Assembly (NCBI GenBank): GCA_021300495.1
Contig: JAJTDK010000001.1
Coordinates: 13,400 to 77,399, forward strand
Origin: Limnohabitans sp.
GTDB lineage: Bacteria > Pseudomonadota > Gammaproteobacteria > Burkholderiales > Burkholderiaceae_C
DNA: 64,000 nucleotides
Direction: 5' to 3'
The notes under the pieces are model-generated. The model was not told the origin of the DNA and did no database searches. It worked only from the letters and a program-made list of their open reading frames with translations. Position numbers and translations under genes: made by a program. This document shows positions 19,823-30,812 of the stretch, piece after piece. Numbering within the stretch: position 1 is the stretch's first letter; each line of letters starts with the position of its first letter.

Positions 19823-20553
19823 AAGAACTGACAACAACCCAAGTGAGCACGGTCATCTCTGACCCTGACAGCGTGGATGCAGCCATCTTGAGCCGATTTT
19901 CTACGCGAGCGTATTTGAACAAGCCGGTAGAGAAGGCTGTGTTGGAGGATTTGTTGCAAGTCGCAGCGCGTTCTCCTAGCGGAACCAACACGCAACCTTG
20001 GAAAGTGTATGTGCTGCAGGGCACCGCCAAAGACAGATTGGTGAGCGAAGTTTGTGAAGCGCACAATGCCATGGCCGCCAATCCTGCATTGGCCGCTGAG
20101 CATGCAGAAGAATACGATTACTACCCAAGCAAGTGGGTGAGCCCCTATATCGACAGACGCCGTGAGTGTGGCTTTGGCTTGTACGGTGTGCTGGGAATAG
20201 GCAAGGGCGACAAAGAAAAAATGCATTTGCAGAGCCAACAAAACTTCCGATTTTTCGGTGCACCCGTCGGCCTGATCTTCACTTTAGACAAAGTCATGGG
20301 CCGTGGCAGTTTGCTCGATTACGGCATGTTTTTACAAAATCTGATGGTGGCAGCCAGAGCACGCGGCCTGCACACTTGCCCTCAAGCTGCTTGGAATAAT
20401 TTTTCAAAAATCATTTACAAACATGTGGGTGCAGGTGACAACGAAATGATGGTCTGCGGCATGTCATTGGGCTACGCCGATGAGGCTGCACTGGTGAATA
20501 CTTTCAAGACCACGCGCGTCGACGCCAGTACCTTCACGCATTGGATTGAATGA
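19819..20553 (+). CDS. Nitroreductase family protein
   Basis: RFSTRAY and RSPSGTNTQPW motifs. Confidence 0.85.
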   Translation: MKELTTTQVSTVISDPDSVDAAILSRFSTRAYLNKPVEKAVLEDLLQVAARSPSGTNTQPWKVYVLQGTAKDRLVSEVCEAHNAMAANPALAAEHAEEYDYYPSKWVSPYIDRRRECGFGLYGVLGIGKGDKEKMHLQSQQNFRFFGAPVGLIFTLDKVMGRGSLLDYGMFLQNLMVAARARGLHTCPQAAWNNFSKIIYKHVGAGDNEMMVCGMSLGYADEAALVNTFKTTRVDASTFTHWIE

Positions 20554-22403
20554 GTTTTTGGCTGATTCAGTGCTTGAATGGTCTCAGCCATGCAAGCACA
20601 TTGTTCATCATGGCTGCGGGTTTGACGCTGGTTTTTGGCGTCACCCGCATTGTCAATTTTGCGCACGGCAGTTTTTACATGCTGGGCGCATTGGTCGCCG
20701 GCACCTTAGTCACCCAATGGCTGCCTGCTTGGTCTGAGCATGGCAGCACTTACCTGTTGGCCATGGTGTTGGGTGCAGCTTCGGCTGCATTGTTAGGCGG
20801 CTTCGCAGAAGTTTTCTTGTTTCGGCCCTTGCGCCATTCGCCGCCGCTGTATCCCTTGGTGGCCACCTTTGGTTTGAGTTTGGTCATTCACGACGTTTTG
20901 CTTTGGGCTTTGGGGCCTGGTGAAGTTTTTGCACCGCGTTTCCCGGGTTTGAAGGGTGCTGTTCAGTTGGGCGAAGATTTCTTTCCTCAATGGCAAATTG
21001 TGACGCTCTGTTTGGGTCCTGTTGTGTGGGGTGCGTTGCATCTCCTGCTCACTCAAACCAAGTGGGGACAGCGCGTTCGAGCTGCGACGCAAGACAGAGA
21101 CATGCTCGATGCCCTGGGTGTCAACCCAGCACCGCTTCTTTTGAGTGTGGTGGTTTTGGGTTGTGGCCTTGCTGGTTTGGCGGGCGCTTTGCAATTGCCA
21201 AGAGAGCCTGCTAATTTGCAAATGGACTTGCAAATGGTGGTCGAGACTTTTGTGGTGGTGGTGATGGGCGGTCTGGGGAGCATCGCTGGCGCTTTTTTTG
21301 CAGCCATCTTGATTGGCTGTGTGCATGCTTTTGGCATTCACTTTTTTCCGCAGGCCACTTTGGTCTTGGTGTTTTTAACCATGGCCTTGGTGCTGGCGGT
21401 CAGGCCCCAAGGCTTGATGGGAGAACTGCCAGGTGCGGCGCCCCGCGAAAAGGTCACGCCATTTCAATTGGGGGGTGACAATCAATTTTTCAAATGGAGT
21501 GGCTGGGTGGTATTGGCCGCTAGCGGCATCGTCCTGCTCACTGCTGGTGAATACACGCAAAGTGTCTTGGAAAATTTGCTCATCATGATGCTCTTTGGTC
21601 TCAGTTTGCAGTGGATGATGGCCTTGTCAGGGTGGGTCAGTTTTGGCCATGCAGCTTATTTTGGCCTGGGTGCTTATGCTGCGGCATTAAGTCATTTGCA
21701 TTGGCACTTCAGTGCGATCATGGCTGCAATAGCGGGCGTGGCGGCTGCCTTCTTGGCAGCACTTTGTATGGGCAAATTACTTCAGCGCAGTACGGGCGTT
21801 TATTTGGCCATGCTGTCATTGGCTTTTGCCCAAATGGTGTGGGCCACTGCCAGTCAATGGGTGTCCTTCACGGGAGGCGACAACGGTTTGATTGGCTTGC
21901 AATTTTTTGACGGCAGGTCGCGTTGGATTTTTCAAGTTGTCCTTATTTTGTTGTGCTTTGTGAGCTTGTTCGGATTCTCTCGACTGATTCGATCTAGTTT
22001 TGGGGCAGCCTTGCAGGCTGGGCGCGATGCGCCTCAAAGGGCGCAAGCCAGCGCACTGAATGTCGCCAACTTGAACCAGCGTGTATTTTTAATGAGCGCT
22101 GGCTTGGCGGGTTTGTCGGGCGCTTTGTGGGCCATGAGCAAAGGCGCTGTCTTCCCTTCTGTGGCGTCTGTTTCCAATTCAGTAGATGCCCTGATGGTCG
22201 TTTTATTGGGTGGGGTGCATCAGCTTTGGGGTGCATTTGCAGGCAGTCTATTTTTGGTGGGAGGGGGCTCAGAAATAGGACGATACTTTGAATACTGGAG
22301 AGGCGGTTTGGGCCTACTCATCATGCTCTTGATGGTCTTTGCACCCGAGGGAATTTTGGGTCTCAAAAAATTTGAAAAACACACGGGTCGTAGAACCCTA
22401 TGA
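20550..22403 (+). CDS. HAAT-family ABC transporter, fused LivH/LivM-type permease
   Basis: VNFAHG, VSFGHAAYFG and TGGDNG motifs in one 617-aa chain. Confidence 0.85.
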   Translation: MSFWLIQCLNGLSHASTLFIMAAGLTLVFGVTRIVNFAHGSFYMLGALVAGTLVTQWLPAWSEHGSTYLLAMVLGAASAALLGGFAEVFLFRPLRHSPPLYPLVATFGLSLVIHDVLLWALGPGEVFAPRFPGLKGAVQLGEDFFPQWQIVTLCLGPVVWGALHLLLTQTKWGQRVRAATQDRDMLDALGVNPAPLLLSVVVLGCGLAGLAGALQLPREPANLQMDLQMVVETFVVVVMGGLGSIAGAFFAAILIGCVHAFGIHFFPQATLVLVFLTMALVLAVRPQGLMGELPGAAPREKVTPFQLGGDNQFFKWSGWVVLAASGIVLLTAGEYTQSVLENLLIMMLFGLSLQWMMALSGWVSFGHAAYFGLGAYAAALSHLHWHFSAIMAAIAGVAAAFLAALCMGKLLQRSTGVYLAMLSLAFAQMVWATASQWVSFTGGDNGLIGLQFFDGRSRWIFQVVLILLCFVSLFGFSRLIRSSFGAALQAGRDAPQRAQASALNVANLNQRVFLMSAGLAGLSGALWAMSKGAVFPSVASVSNSVDALMVVLLGGVHQLWGAFAGSLFLVGGGSEIGRYFEYWRGGLGLLIMLLMVFAPEGILGLKKFEKHTGRRTL

Positions 22404-23188
22404 AAATCGTCTTGAGAGTCGAGGGGCTGCGGCAAAACTATGGCGGTGTCCAAGCACTCAGGGGCGTGAGCTTTGAGCTACAAGCTGGTGAATGTGTGGC
22501 CCTGATCGGACCTAATGGTGCAGGCAAGTCAACCTGCTTTGCTTGTTTGGCGGGCCAGCAAAAAGCGCTAGCGGGAAGCCTTGTGTGGCGTGGGCATGAT
22601 TTGCAGCAGTCAACGGTTGAGATGCGAACCCGTTTGGGTGTAGCCAGAACTTTTCAAGTGGCACAAGTGTTTGAAGCGCTCACAGTCCTTCAGAATTTGC
22701 AATTGGTCTTGCAGGCCTCGCGTGGCGTTTCAATGCGAGACCTCTTGGCTGAATGTTTGCTTGACGAAGCAAGGCATTGGCTGTCTCAAGCTGGATTGAA
22801 CGATCTGGGTGAAGAGATGCTTAGATCGCCTGCGGCACGTCTTTCATACGGTGGCAAAAAACGTTTGGAATTGGCCATGGCCATGGCAGGGTTGCCCGAC
22901 GCCAGTCAGGGTCTGATGTTGCTTGACGAACCTGCTGCAGGACTTGCACCTGAAGAGCGAGCCGACATGATGGAGCGCGTCAAACGCATGGCCCATCTGG
23001 GTGCGACGGTTTTGTATACCGAGCACAACATGGACGCGGTGTTTGGTGTGGCCGATCGTGTTTTGGTCTTGATCGATGGCCAACTGGTCGCGCAAGGGTC
23101 GCCGCAAGAAGTGGCTGCCAATCAAGAGGTGCGTGAAAGATATTTAGGTCAAACCTTTTCTCTGAGCAAGGAGCCTGTTCGTGCTTGA
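22400..23188 (+). CDS. ABC ATPase, LivG-type
   Basis: GPNGAGKST, LSYGG and LLDEPAAG motifs. Confidence 0.85.
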   Translation: MKIVLRVEGLRQNYGGVQALRGVSFELQAGECVALIGPNGAGKSTCFACLAGQQKALAGSLVWRGHDLQQSTVEMRTRLGVARTFQVAQVFEALTVLQNLQLVLQASRGVSMRDLLAECLLDEARHWLSQAGLNDLGEEMLRSPAARLSYGGKKRLELAMAMAGLPDASQGLMLLDEPAAGLAPEERADMMERVKRMAHLGATVLYTEHNMDAVFGVADRVLVLIDGQLVAQGSPQEVAANQEVRERYLGQTFSLSKEPVRA

Positions 23189-23831
23189 GATTCATAACCT
23201 CAACGCCAGTTATGGACAAGCCCAAGTCTTGTTCAATGTGTCATTGCTTGTACCTCGAGGCAACATGTTGTTGATTCGAGGGCTTAATGGCGCCGGGAAA
23301 TCGAGCTTGCTTAAAGCTATCATGGGACTGATGCCGCAGTCGACGGGCAACGTACTCTGGCAAGGCCAAGCTTTGCATTCATTGAAGCCGCATGAGCGAT
23401 CCCTCAAGGGATTGGGCTATGTGCCTGAAGATCGCCGGCTATTTTCTGCTCTGACGGTTCGTCAAAATTTAGAAATTGCCACGCCCAACCAGCCTAAACA
23501 CAGGCCTCATGGACAGCCTGGTCTGCAGTTACAAGAAGTTTTGGAATTGTTTCCAAGCTTGTCAAGCATGCTTGAGAGACCCGCTGCACAAATGAGTGGG
23601 GGAGAGCAGCAAATGCTGGCCATTGGCAGAACCTTGATGACGCAGGCCGATGTGCTGATTTTGGATGAGCCTTGCGAGGGCATTGCACCCATTTTGGTTC
23701 TGGCCATAGCGCGGGCTCTGGCAGCGCTGAAGTCGCAGGGTTATACATTTTTAATTGCTGAGCAAAACCAAATCCTGACTGGTCTGGCGGACAAGGAGTT
23801 GACCTTGTCAGGTGGGGTGATTCAGGACTGA
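23181..23831 (+). CDS. ABC ATPase, LivF-type
   Basis: GLNGAGKSS, MSGGEQQML and ILDEP motifs. Confidence 0.85.
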   Translation: MLEIHNLNASYGQAQVLFNVSLLVPRGNMLLIRGLNGAGKSSLLKAIMGLMPQSTGNVLWQGQALHSLKPHERSLKGLGYVPEDRRLFSALTVRQNLEIATPNQPKHRPHGQPGLQLQEVLELFPSLSSMLERPAAQMSGGEQQMLAIGRTLMTQADVLILDEPCEGIAPILVLAIARALAALKSQGYTFLIAEQNQILTGLADKELTLSGGVIQD

Positions 23832-23931
23832 AATGAGCCTGATCACCACGTTTATCCTGATACCTCTGAGCCTCTAAATTGACTGGCTTCACGTACACTT
23901 CTGTCAACCCTATCAATAAGCCCCTTTTGAC

Positions 23932-25116
23932 ATGATCATTACCAGTTTGCTGGACACAGACCTCTACAAGTTCACCATGATGCAGGTGGTGCTGCATCAG
24001 TTTCCTGGTGCACAAGTGGAATATCGATTTCGGTGTCGCAATCCTGGTGTCGAGCTAGCGCCTTACGTAGATGAAATTCGCAGCGAAATCAAATCACTGT
24101 GTAGTTTGCATTTCAAAGAAGACGAATTGGCCTACCTTCGTTCTTTGCGCTTTGTCAAAAGTGACTTTGTAGATTTTTTGGGTTTGTTTCGACTGAACGA
24201 AAAATACATCCAAGTTACACCCAGCTTGACGGGTGAAATTGAGATCATCATTCAAGGACCTTGGCTTCACACCATCTTGTTTGAAATTCCAGTGTTGGCC
24301 ATTGTCAACGAAGTTTATTTTAGAAATACGCAGCGCTTGCCTGATTTGATGGAAGGCCGGCAACGACTGGACACCAAAATCAAGCAATTGCAAGCGGATG
24401 ATTTAAAGGCACTCAAGATTGCCGACTATGGCACACGTCGCCGTTTTTCAAGAGCTTGGCATGAAGAGGTCCTCAGAGTTTTGACGGGGCGCTTGGGGTC
24501 GAGCCAGTCAGGGCAGTTTGCGGGAACCAGCAATGTGTATTTTGCATACACGCTTGGCTTGACACCCTTGGGAACCATGGCCCATGAATATTTGCAGGCG
24601 TGCCAAGCCTTGGGACCTAGGCTGCGCGACAGTCAAGTCTTTGGCTTTGAATCGTGGGCCCGCGAATACCGAGGCGACTTGGGCATTGCATTAAGCGACG
24701 TTTATGGCTTCAATGCCTTTCTGCGCGACTTTGACATGTATTTTTGCAAGCTGTTTGACGGTGCCCGTCATGACAGTGGCGACCCCTTTATGTGGGGCGA
24801 ACGCATGATTGCGCACTACCGGACTCATCGAGTCGACCCGCTCACCAAAACACTCATTTTCAGTGACGGTCTTACGGTTCCCAAGACCATTGAGTTGTTC
24901 AGACAGTTCAATGGCCGCTGCATGCTGGCTTTTGGAATTGGTACCAATCTGACCAATGATTTGGGCTATGAGCCTCTTCAAATTGTGATCAAAATGACCC
25001 GCTGCAACGATCAACCGGTTGCCAAATTGTCAGACTCACCAGGCAAAGGCATGTGTGATGATGAGAAGTATTTGGCTTACCTTGCTCAAGTTTTTGAAAT
25101 TACGCCAAGTCCCTGA
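23932..25116 (+). CDS. pncB: Nicotinate phosphoribosyltransferase
   Basis: [23 protein letters not shown] and RHDSGDP motifs. Confidence 0.95.
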   Translation: MIITSLLDTDLYKFTMMQVVLHQFPGAQVEYRFRCRNPGVELAPYVDEIRSEIKSLCSLHFKEDELAYLRSLRFVKSDFVDFLGLFRLNEKYIQVTPSLTGEIEIIIQGPWLHTILFEIPVLAIVNEVYFRNTQRLPDLMEGRQRLDTKIKQLQADDLKALKIADYGTRRRFSRAWHEEVLRVLTGRLGSSQSGQFAGTSNVYFAYTLGLTPLGTMAHEYLQACQALGPRLRDSQVFGFESWAREYRGDLGIALSDVYGFNAFLRDFDMYFCKLFDGARHDSGDPFMWGERMIAHYRTHRVDPLTKTLIFSDGLTVPKTIELFRQFNGRCMLAFGIGTNLTNDLGYEPLQIVIKMTRCNDQPVAKLSDSPGKGMCDDEKYLAYLAQVFEITPSP

Positions 25117-25165
25117 AGTTTGCCAATCTATAGCCCCATGAATTGTTTGAAGAAAGTGCTGTGAC

Positions 25166-26593
25166 ATGAAATCTTTGTTTTCTCACTGGCTCATGCGCCT
25201 CATCTCTTTGGCTTGCTTGAGTGCCCCGAGTGCTGCCTTTGCTGCAGAATTCGATGGCGCTCAACTGACCGCTGTGTGGGGCGTTCCATTTGCTGGCATT
25301 TTGCTTTGCATTGCCCTGATGCCCCTTTTAACCCCCCATTTTTGGCACCACCATTACGGTAAGGTGGTTGCTGCGTGGTCCTTGGCATTTTTCATTCCGT
25401 TTGCGCTCATATTTGGCGCCAATTTGGCTGGCTCGAATTTGATTCACGCGCTGTTTGCAGAATACATTCCGTTCATTGTTCTCTTAACAGCCTTGTACAC
25501 AGTTTCTGGTGGCATTTTTATTCGTGGCAATTTGCATGGCAGCCCTGGCCTTAACACAGCCATCCTAGCCATCGGTGCATTCTTGGCCAGCTTCATGGGC
25601 ACCACGGGCGCATCCATGCTCATGATTCGCCCGCTCATCCGAGCCAATGACAACCGCAAACATGTGGCGCATGTGGTTGTGTTTTTCATTTTCATTGTGT
25701 CCAACGCGGGTGGCTCTCTCACCCCCTTGGGAGACCCGCCCTTGTTTTTGGGATTTTTAAAAGGGGTTGATTTTTTCTGGACGCTGAAAAACATTTTTCC
25801 AGAATCACTATTCTTAATGGGTTCTTTGCTGGTCATATTTTTCATTTTGGATTCTTGGTACTACCACAAGCGCGAAGAGGTCCAGGTCATTGACCCAACG
25901 CCAGATTCACGTCAAATTGGCTTTGATGGCAAAATCAATTTTGTCCTGCTAGCTGGTGTGGTGGCTTTGGTCTTGATGAGCGGTCTTTGGAAATCCGAAG
26001 TGGCTTTCGATGTGGCAGGCACTGAAGTGGGCTTGCCTAGCTTGGTGCGAGATGCTGGACTTTTGCTGATCGTTCTCATCTCTCTCAAGCTCACACCATC
26101 GCAAGTGCATGCCGACAATCAATTTGGCTGGGGTCCCATGCAAGAGGTCGCTAAACTTTTTGCAGGCATCTTTTTAACCATCATTCCTGTCATTGCCATG
26201 TTGAAAGCAGGCGTCAATGGCCCGTTTGGTGCGGTGGTGTCCGCCGTCACCAATCCAGATGGTTCGCCCAATGTGATGATGTATTTTTGGATCACGGGTT
26301 TGCTCAGTTCGTTCCTCGACAATGCGCCCACTTATTTGGTATTTTTCAACACTGCAGGCGGCGATGCGCAGGTGTTGATGACCACCTTGGCGCCTACTTT
26401 GGCGGCCATTTCTGCAGGTGCAGTGTTCATGGGTGCCAACAGTTACATCGGTAACGCGCCCAACCTCATGGTGAAAGCCATTGCGGAAGACCGCGGCATC
26501 AAGATGCCAAGCTTCTTTGGCTACATGGCTTGGTCCACTTGCGTTTTAATTCCCTTGTTTATTGTGATGACGTTCATATGGTTTCGAACATGA
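25166..26593 (+). CDS. Ion transporter superfamily (Na+/H+ antiporter or anion permease-like)
   Basis: SNAGGSLTPLGDPP and SSFLDNAPTY motifs; many TM segments. Confidence 0.75.
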   Translation: MKSLFSHWLMRLISLACLSAPSAAFAAEFDGAQLTAVWGVPFAGILLCIALMPLLTPHFWHHHYGKVVAAWSLAFFIPFALIFGANLAGSNLIHALFAEYIPFIVLLTALYTVSGGIFIRGNLHGSPGLNTAILAIGAFLASFMGTTGASMLMIRPLIRANDNRKHVAHVVVFFIFIVSNAGGSLTPLGDPPLFLGFLKGVDFFWTLKNIFPESLFLMGSLLVIFFILDSWYYHKREEVQVIDPTPDSRQIGFDGKINFVLLAGVVALVLMSGLWKSEVAFDVAGTEVGLPSLVRDAGLLLIVLISLKLTPSQVHADNQFGWGPMQEVAKLFAGIFLTIIPVIAMLKAGVNGPFGAVVSAVTNPDGSPNVMMYFWITGLLSSFLDNAPTYLVFFNTAGGDAQVLMTTLAPTLAAISAGAVFMGANSYIGNAPNLMVKAIAEDRGIKMPSFFGYMAWSTCVLIPLFIVMTFIWFRT

Positions 26594-27570
26594 CAAAAGC
26601 CTCTATCTTGGTCGCACGCGCTATTTTTCCTGAAGTGCTTGAGATGCTTTCGCAGCATTTTCAAGTTGAAAGCAATCAGTCGGACGAGGTGTTGTCTGCT
26701 GAAGTTTTGAAACAAAAAATGCACGGCAAGGTGGGCGCTCTCACCACGGGCAGTGAACGCATTGACGCCGCACTTTTGCAAGCCAACCCTCAACTCAAAA
26801 TTGTGGCCAACATGGCTGTAGGCTTTAACAACTTTGATGTTCCTGCTATGACGGCAGCAGGTGTCTTGGCTACCAACACGCCAGATGTTTTAACGGAAAC
26901 GACGGCAGACTTTGGCTTTGCATTGCTCATGGCCACTGCCAGACGCATCACCGAGAGCGAGCACTACTTGCGCCAGGGCTTGTGGACGAAGTGGAGCTAT
27001 GACATGTTTGCAGGGGCCGAGGTGCATGGCAGCACGCTGGGCATCATTGGCATGGGGCGCATTGGTCAAGGGATTGCCAAGCGGGCGGCCCATGGATTTG
27101 GCATGCGAGTGATTTATCACAACCGAAGCCGCTTGAGTGCAGACCTTGAGTCTGCGTGCAAGGCGACTTACGTTAGCAAAGAAGAACTTTTAAGCACAGC
27201 CGATCATGTCATGTTGGTGGTGCCCTATAGTGCTGAGTCACATCACACCATTGGTGCCAAAGAGTTAGGTTCTATGAAGCCCTCAGCAACCTTGGTCAAT
27301 ATTGCCCGCGGTGGCATTGTGGACGATGCAGCTCTAGCGGTCGCATTGAAGAACAAACAAATTGCGGCAGCGGGTCTGGATGTTTTTGAAGCTGAGCCTG
27401 CGCTCAATCCTGCGCTGTTGACGGTGCCCAATGTGGTGCTCACCCCTCACATCGCCAGCTCAACCGTCAAAACGCGCTTGGCCATGGCGCAACTGGCTGC
27501 CGATAATTTGGTTTCTTTCTTTGCCTCTGGCAAGGCTCTAACACCTCTTAACCAGGTTACTTCTAAATAA
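26590..27570 (+). CDS. D-2-hydroxyacid dehydrogenase (glyoxylate reductase-like)
   Basis: GMGRIG, NIARG, LDVFEAEP and TPHIAS motifs. Confidence 0.85.
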   Translation: MTKASILVARAIFPEVLEMLSQHFQVESNQSDEVLSAEVLKQKMHGKVGALTTGSERIDAALLQANPQLKIVANMAVGFNNFDVPAMTAAGVLATNTPDVLTETTADFGFALLMATARRITESEHYLRQGLWTKWSYDMFAGAEVHGSTLGIIGMGRIGQGIAKRAAHGFGMRVIYHNRSRLSADLESACKATYVSKEELLSTADHVMLVVPYSAESHHTIGAKELGSMKPSATLVNIARGGIVDDAALAVALKNKQIAAAGLDVFEAEPALNPALLTVPNVVLTPHIASSTVKTRLAMAQLAADNLVSFFASGKALTPLNQVTSK

Positions 27571-27612
27571 GTAACTTGCTTGATCAAACACTGAATCAAA
27601 CGGCATTCACAC

Positions 27613-28989
27613 ATGGACAGCAGTATGCTAATTTGGATTCTCATCGCGATCAGTTTTTTGACGCTGGGTCTGCTGTTTTCGTTATGGCGACAACGTCGAG
27701 AAGGCTCCCAAGCCTCTGAAGAGTTGGTGCAATTGACCTCGTCTCTCCAGCTGGCCAATGAGAGATTGGAGCGGGAACTTCGCAATGCCATCAACGAGTC
27801 TGCCAGAGGCGGGCGCCAAGAACTGATTCAAACTTTAGGCACCTTCCAGCAAAGTTTGGTTCAACAAGGCGCAGAAGCCACCCGAACCCAAAACGGCCAG
27901 ATGGATGCGTTTGCACAACAGTTGGCTTTGTTGCAAAAAACACTTTCTGACACGCTCACCTTTCAGGTGCAGCAATTATCGGAGACCAATGCCAGACGCC
28001 TCACAGAAATGCGCGGCACTCTGGAAACGCAATTGGCGCAGCTTCAACAAAGCAACACCGCCAAGCTCGATGAAATGCGTCAAACAGTGGACGAAAAATT
28101 ACAGACCACCTTGCAAGCGCGTTTGGGCGAAAGTTTCAAGCAAGTGGCCGACCGTTTGGAGCAGGTGCACAAAGGTCTGGGTGAAATGAACACCTTGGCG
28201 CAGGGTGTGGGTGACCTGAAGCATTTGCTCACCAATGTCAAAACTCGCGGTATGTTTGGCGAAGCCCAGTTGGCTTCATTGCTAGAGCAAGTGTTGGCCC
28301 CTGATCAGTATGCAACGCAACACGCCACACGGCCAGGTAGCAAAAACCGTGTGGACTTTGCCATTCGATTGCCAGGCAGATCCGATGATGGCGAACCCGT
28401 TTGGTTGCCCATTGATGCCAAGTTTCCCAACGAAGACTACGAGCGCCTGCTAGATGCACAGTCGCGGGCCGATGTCATTCAGGCAGACCTTTGCAGCAAA
28501 GCATTAGAAGCGAGGGTTCGTTTAGAAGCCAAATCCATGACTGAGAAATATGTCGAGCCGCCTTACACCACAGACTTCGCCATCATGTTCTTTCCCACAG
28601 AAGGTTTGTATGCCGAAGTGTTGCGCAGACCCGGTCTGATTGAATCTTTGCAACGTGATTTCCGAGTCACCCTAGCGGGCCCTACAACGCTGATGGCCAT
28701 GTTGAACTCTCTGCAAATGGGCTTCCGAACCTTGGCACTCGAAAAACGCTCCAGCGAAGTTTGGCAAGTTTTAGGCGCCGTCAAAACAGAATTTGGCAAG
28801 TTTGGTGACGTGTTGGCCAAAGTCAAAGAACAAACTCAAACAGTTTTGAACACGCTAGACAAAGCGCAAACGCGAAGCAATGTGATGCACCGCGCATTGC
28901 GCCAAGTGGAAGCATTGCCTGAAGGCCAAGCGGCAGGTTTGCTGCCACATGAAGCCGATGTCAGTGACGGCGAAACCAGTGAAGCGTGA
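27613..28989 (+). CDS. rmuC: DNA recombination protein RmuC
   Basis: N-terminal TM and coiled coil; KTRGMFGE, IDAKFP and GPTTL motifs. Confidence 0.9.
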   Translation: MDSSMLIWILIAISFLTLGLLFSLWRQRREGSQASEELVQLTSSLQLANERLERELRNAINESARGGRQELIQTLGTFQQSLVQQGAEATRTQNGQMDAFAQQLALLQKTLSDTLTFQVQQLSETNARRLTEMRGTLETQLAQLQQSNTAKLDEMRQTVDEKLQTTLQARLGESFKQVADRLEQVHKGLGEMNTLAQGVGDLKHLLTNVKTRGMFGEAQLASLLEQVLAPDQYATQHATRPGSKNRVDFAIRLPGRSDDGEPVWLPIDAKFPNEDYERLLDAQSRADVIQADLCSKALEARVRLEAKSMTEKYVEPPYTTDFAIMFFPTEGLYAEVLRRPGLIESLQRDFRVTLAGPTTLMAMLNSLQMGFRTLALEKRSSEVWQVLGAVKTEFGKFGDVLAKVKEQTQTVLNTLDKAQTRSNVMHRALRQVEALPEGQAAGLLPHEADVSDGETSEA

Positions 28990-30163
28990 ACTCGCTAAGC
29001 TGATTACGGGGCAGATTTTTCTGCATGCCTGTATGACAGGTATGCGAATGACGACACCGCTTCTTGCGCTTCAACAAGGTTACAGCACCATGGCGGTGGG
29101 TGTTTTGTTGGCGCTGTTTTCTGTCACGCAAGTCTTCATGGCCATTCCGGCTGGTCGATTCACAGATCGACATGGCTTGAAACGACCGGTGCAAATCGGT
29201 GTGGTCATGGCTTGTTTTGGTGCAGGACTGGCCGTCATTTGGCCCATATTTCCTGTTCTTTGCATAGGCGCACTTGCCACTGGAGGCGCAACGGGTATCA
29301 CTGTCATTGCTTTGCAAAGGCACGTAGGCCGAATTTCATCCGATGCCAACCAGCTGAAAGAGACATTCAGTTGGTTGGCCATTGGCCCCGCAGCTTCTAA
29401 TTTCATAGGACCATTTTTTGCGGGCTTGATGATTGACCATGCGGGCGCCATGCCAGCCGATGCCGATGGCTTTCGCGCCACGTTTGTGATGCTGACCCTT
29501 TTTCCTTTGCTGGCGTGGTTCTGGATTCGCACCATTCAAGAAAAACCGATTCCGCCTCAACTTCCTGAGCATGCTAATGGCCGTGTGTGGGACTTGCTGC
29601 ATGAGCCGCTCATGCAGCGTTTGCTGTTGGTCAATTGGTTGTTGTCTTCTTGTTGGGATATTCACACCTTTGTGGTGCCAGTCTTAGGACACGAGCGCGG
29701 CCTCAGTGCATCGGTGGTTGGGACTATTTTGGGTTCCTTCGCTGTGGCCTCAGCCCTGATTCGGGTGATTTTGCCTTTGGTTGCACGGCACCTTCAAGAA
29801 TATCGATTGCTCACAGGTGCCATGATTTGCGCTGGCCTCATCTTTGCTGTTTATCCCATGGTTGATTCTGCCTTGGGCATGGGTATTTGTTCGGTCTGTT
29901 TAGGCTTGGTTTTAGGTGTGGTTCAGCCGATGGTCATGAGTACTTTGCACCAAATCACACCGGCACATCGCCAGGGCGAAGCACTGGGTTTGCGAATCAT
30001 GACGGTCAATGCCTCTAGTGTTTTGATGCCCCTTATTTTTGGTGCTGCTGGTGCCGTGGTAGGGGTGTCTGTGGTCTTTTGGGTCGTGGGTTCAGCCGTG
30101 GCAAGTGGCGCGCCGCAAGCTTGGCGCCTGCGACCCAAATCGGAAACTACTGCTGCCTCTTAA
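28979..30163 (+). CDS. MFS transporter (start uncertain)
   Basis: GRFTDRHGLKR motif A; multiple TM segments. Confidence 0.8.
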   Translation: MKRELAKLITGQIFLHACMTGMRMTTPLLALQQGYSTMAVGVLLALFSVTQVFMAIPAGRFTDRHGLKRPVQIGVVMACFGAGLAVIWPIFPVLCIGALATGGATGITVIALQRHVGRISSDANQLKETFSWLAIGPAASNFIGPFFAGLMIDHAGAMPADADGFRATFVMLTLFPLLAWFWIRTIQEKPIPPQLPEHANGRVWDLLHEPLMQRLLLVNWLLSSCWDIHTFVVPVLGHERGLSASVVGTILGSFAVASALIRVILPLVARHLQEYRLLTGAMICAGLIFAVYPMVDSALGMGICSVCLGLVLGVVQPMVMSTLHQITPAHRQGEALGLRIMTVNASSVLMPLIFGAAGAVVGVSVVFWVVGSAVASGAPQAWRLRPKSETTAAS

Positions 30164-30189
30164 AAAAAAAAGACCTCCGAGGAGGTCTT
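30162..30189 (-). terminator. Terminator for efp
   Basis: A-tract followed by AAGACCTCC-GA-GGAGGTCTT. Confidence 0.75.
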
Positions 30190-30224
30190 AGTGCGAAGTA
30201 GCCAAGGCCACTGAAGCAAGTTGT

Positions 30225-30779
30225 TTAAACGCGCTTGCGGTATTCGCCTGTGCGTGTATCAATTTCAATTTTGTCACCTTGGTTGACAAACAAAGGCACA
30301 GGCACTTCAAACCCGGTGGCAATTTTGGCGGGCTTGAGCACTTTGCCAGAGGTGTCGCCTTTGACGGCTGGCTCGGTCCAAGTGATTTCGCGTTCTACGC
30401 TGGTGGGCAGTTCAACAGAAATGGCCTTGCCGTCGTAGAAAACCACTTCAACGGACATGCCGTCTTCAAGGTAGTGCAGGGCATCGCCCATGTTTTCTGA
30501 TTCAACTTCGTATTGATTGAATTCGGTATCCATGAAAACATACATGGGATCGGCAAAGTAAGAGTAGGTGCACTCTTTTTGGTCCAAGATGACTTGGTCC
30601 ATTTTGTCGTCGGCTTTAAACACAGACTCGGTGCCCATGTTGCTTAGCAAGGCTTTGAGCTTCATGCGCACGGTGGCAGCGCCGCGGCCGCCGCGGCTGT
30701 ATTCAGTGCGTAAAACGATCATGGGGTCTTTGCCCTGCATGATGACGTTACCGACGCGAATTTCTTGAGCTACTTTCAT
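30225..30779 (-). CDS. efp: Elongation factor P, Arg32 type
   Basis: EF-P sequence with YSRGGR placing Arg at position 32; PAVKGDT motif. Confidence 0.95.
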   Translation of the reverse strand: MKVAQEIRVGNVIMQGKDPMIVLRTEYSRGGRGAATVRMKLKALLSNMGTESVFKADDKMDQVILDQKECTYSYFADPMYVFMDTEFNQYEVESENMGDALHYLEDGMSVEVVFYDGKAISVELPTSVEREITWTEPAVKGDTSGKVLKPAKIATGFEVPVPLFVNQGDKIEIDTRTGEYRKRV

Positions 30780-30812
30780 AATCTGTCCAATGTTGTCCCA
30801 AAGCCCTCGATC

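Noticed and set aside
23832-23931. Possible NAD-related operator or riboswitch before pncB; short words GCCTGATCA and CCTCTGAGC shared with 1535-1567
   Set aside because: No convincing palindrome or fold; the shared 9-mers occur in a different order and are likely chance
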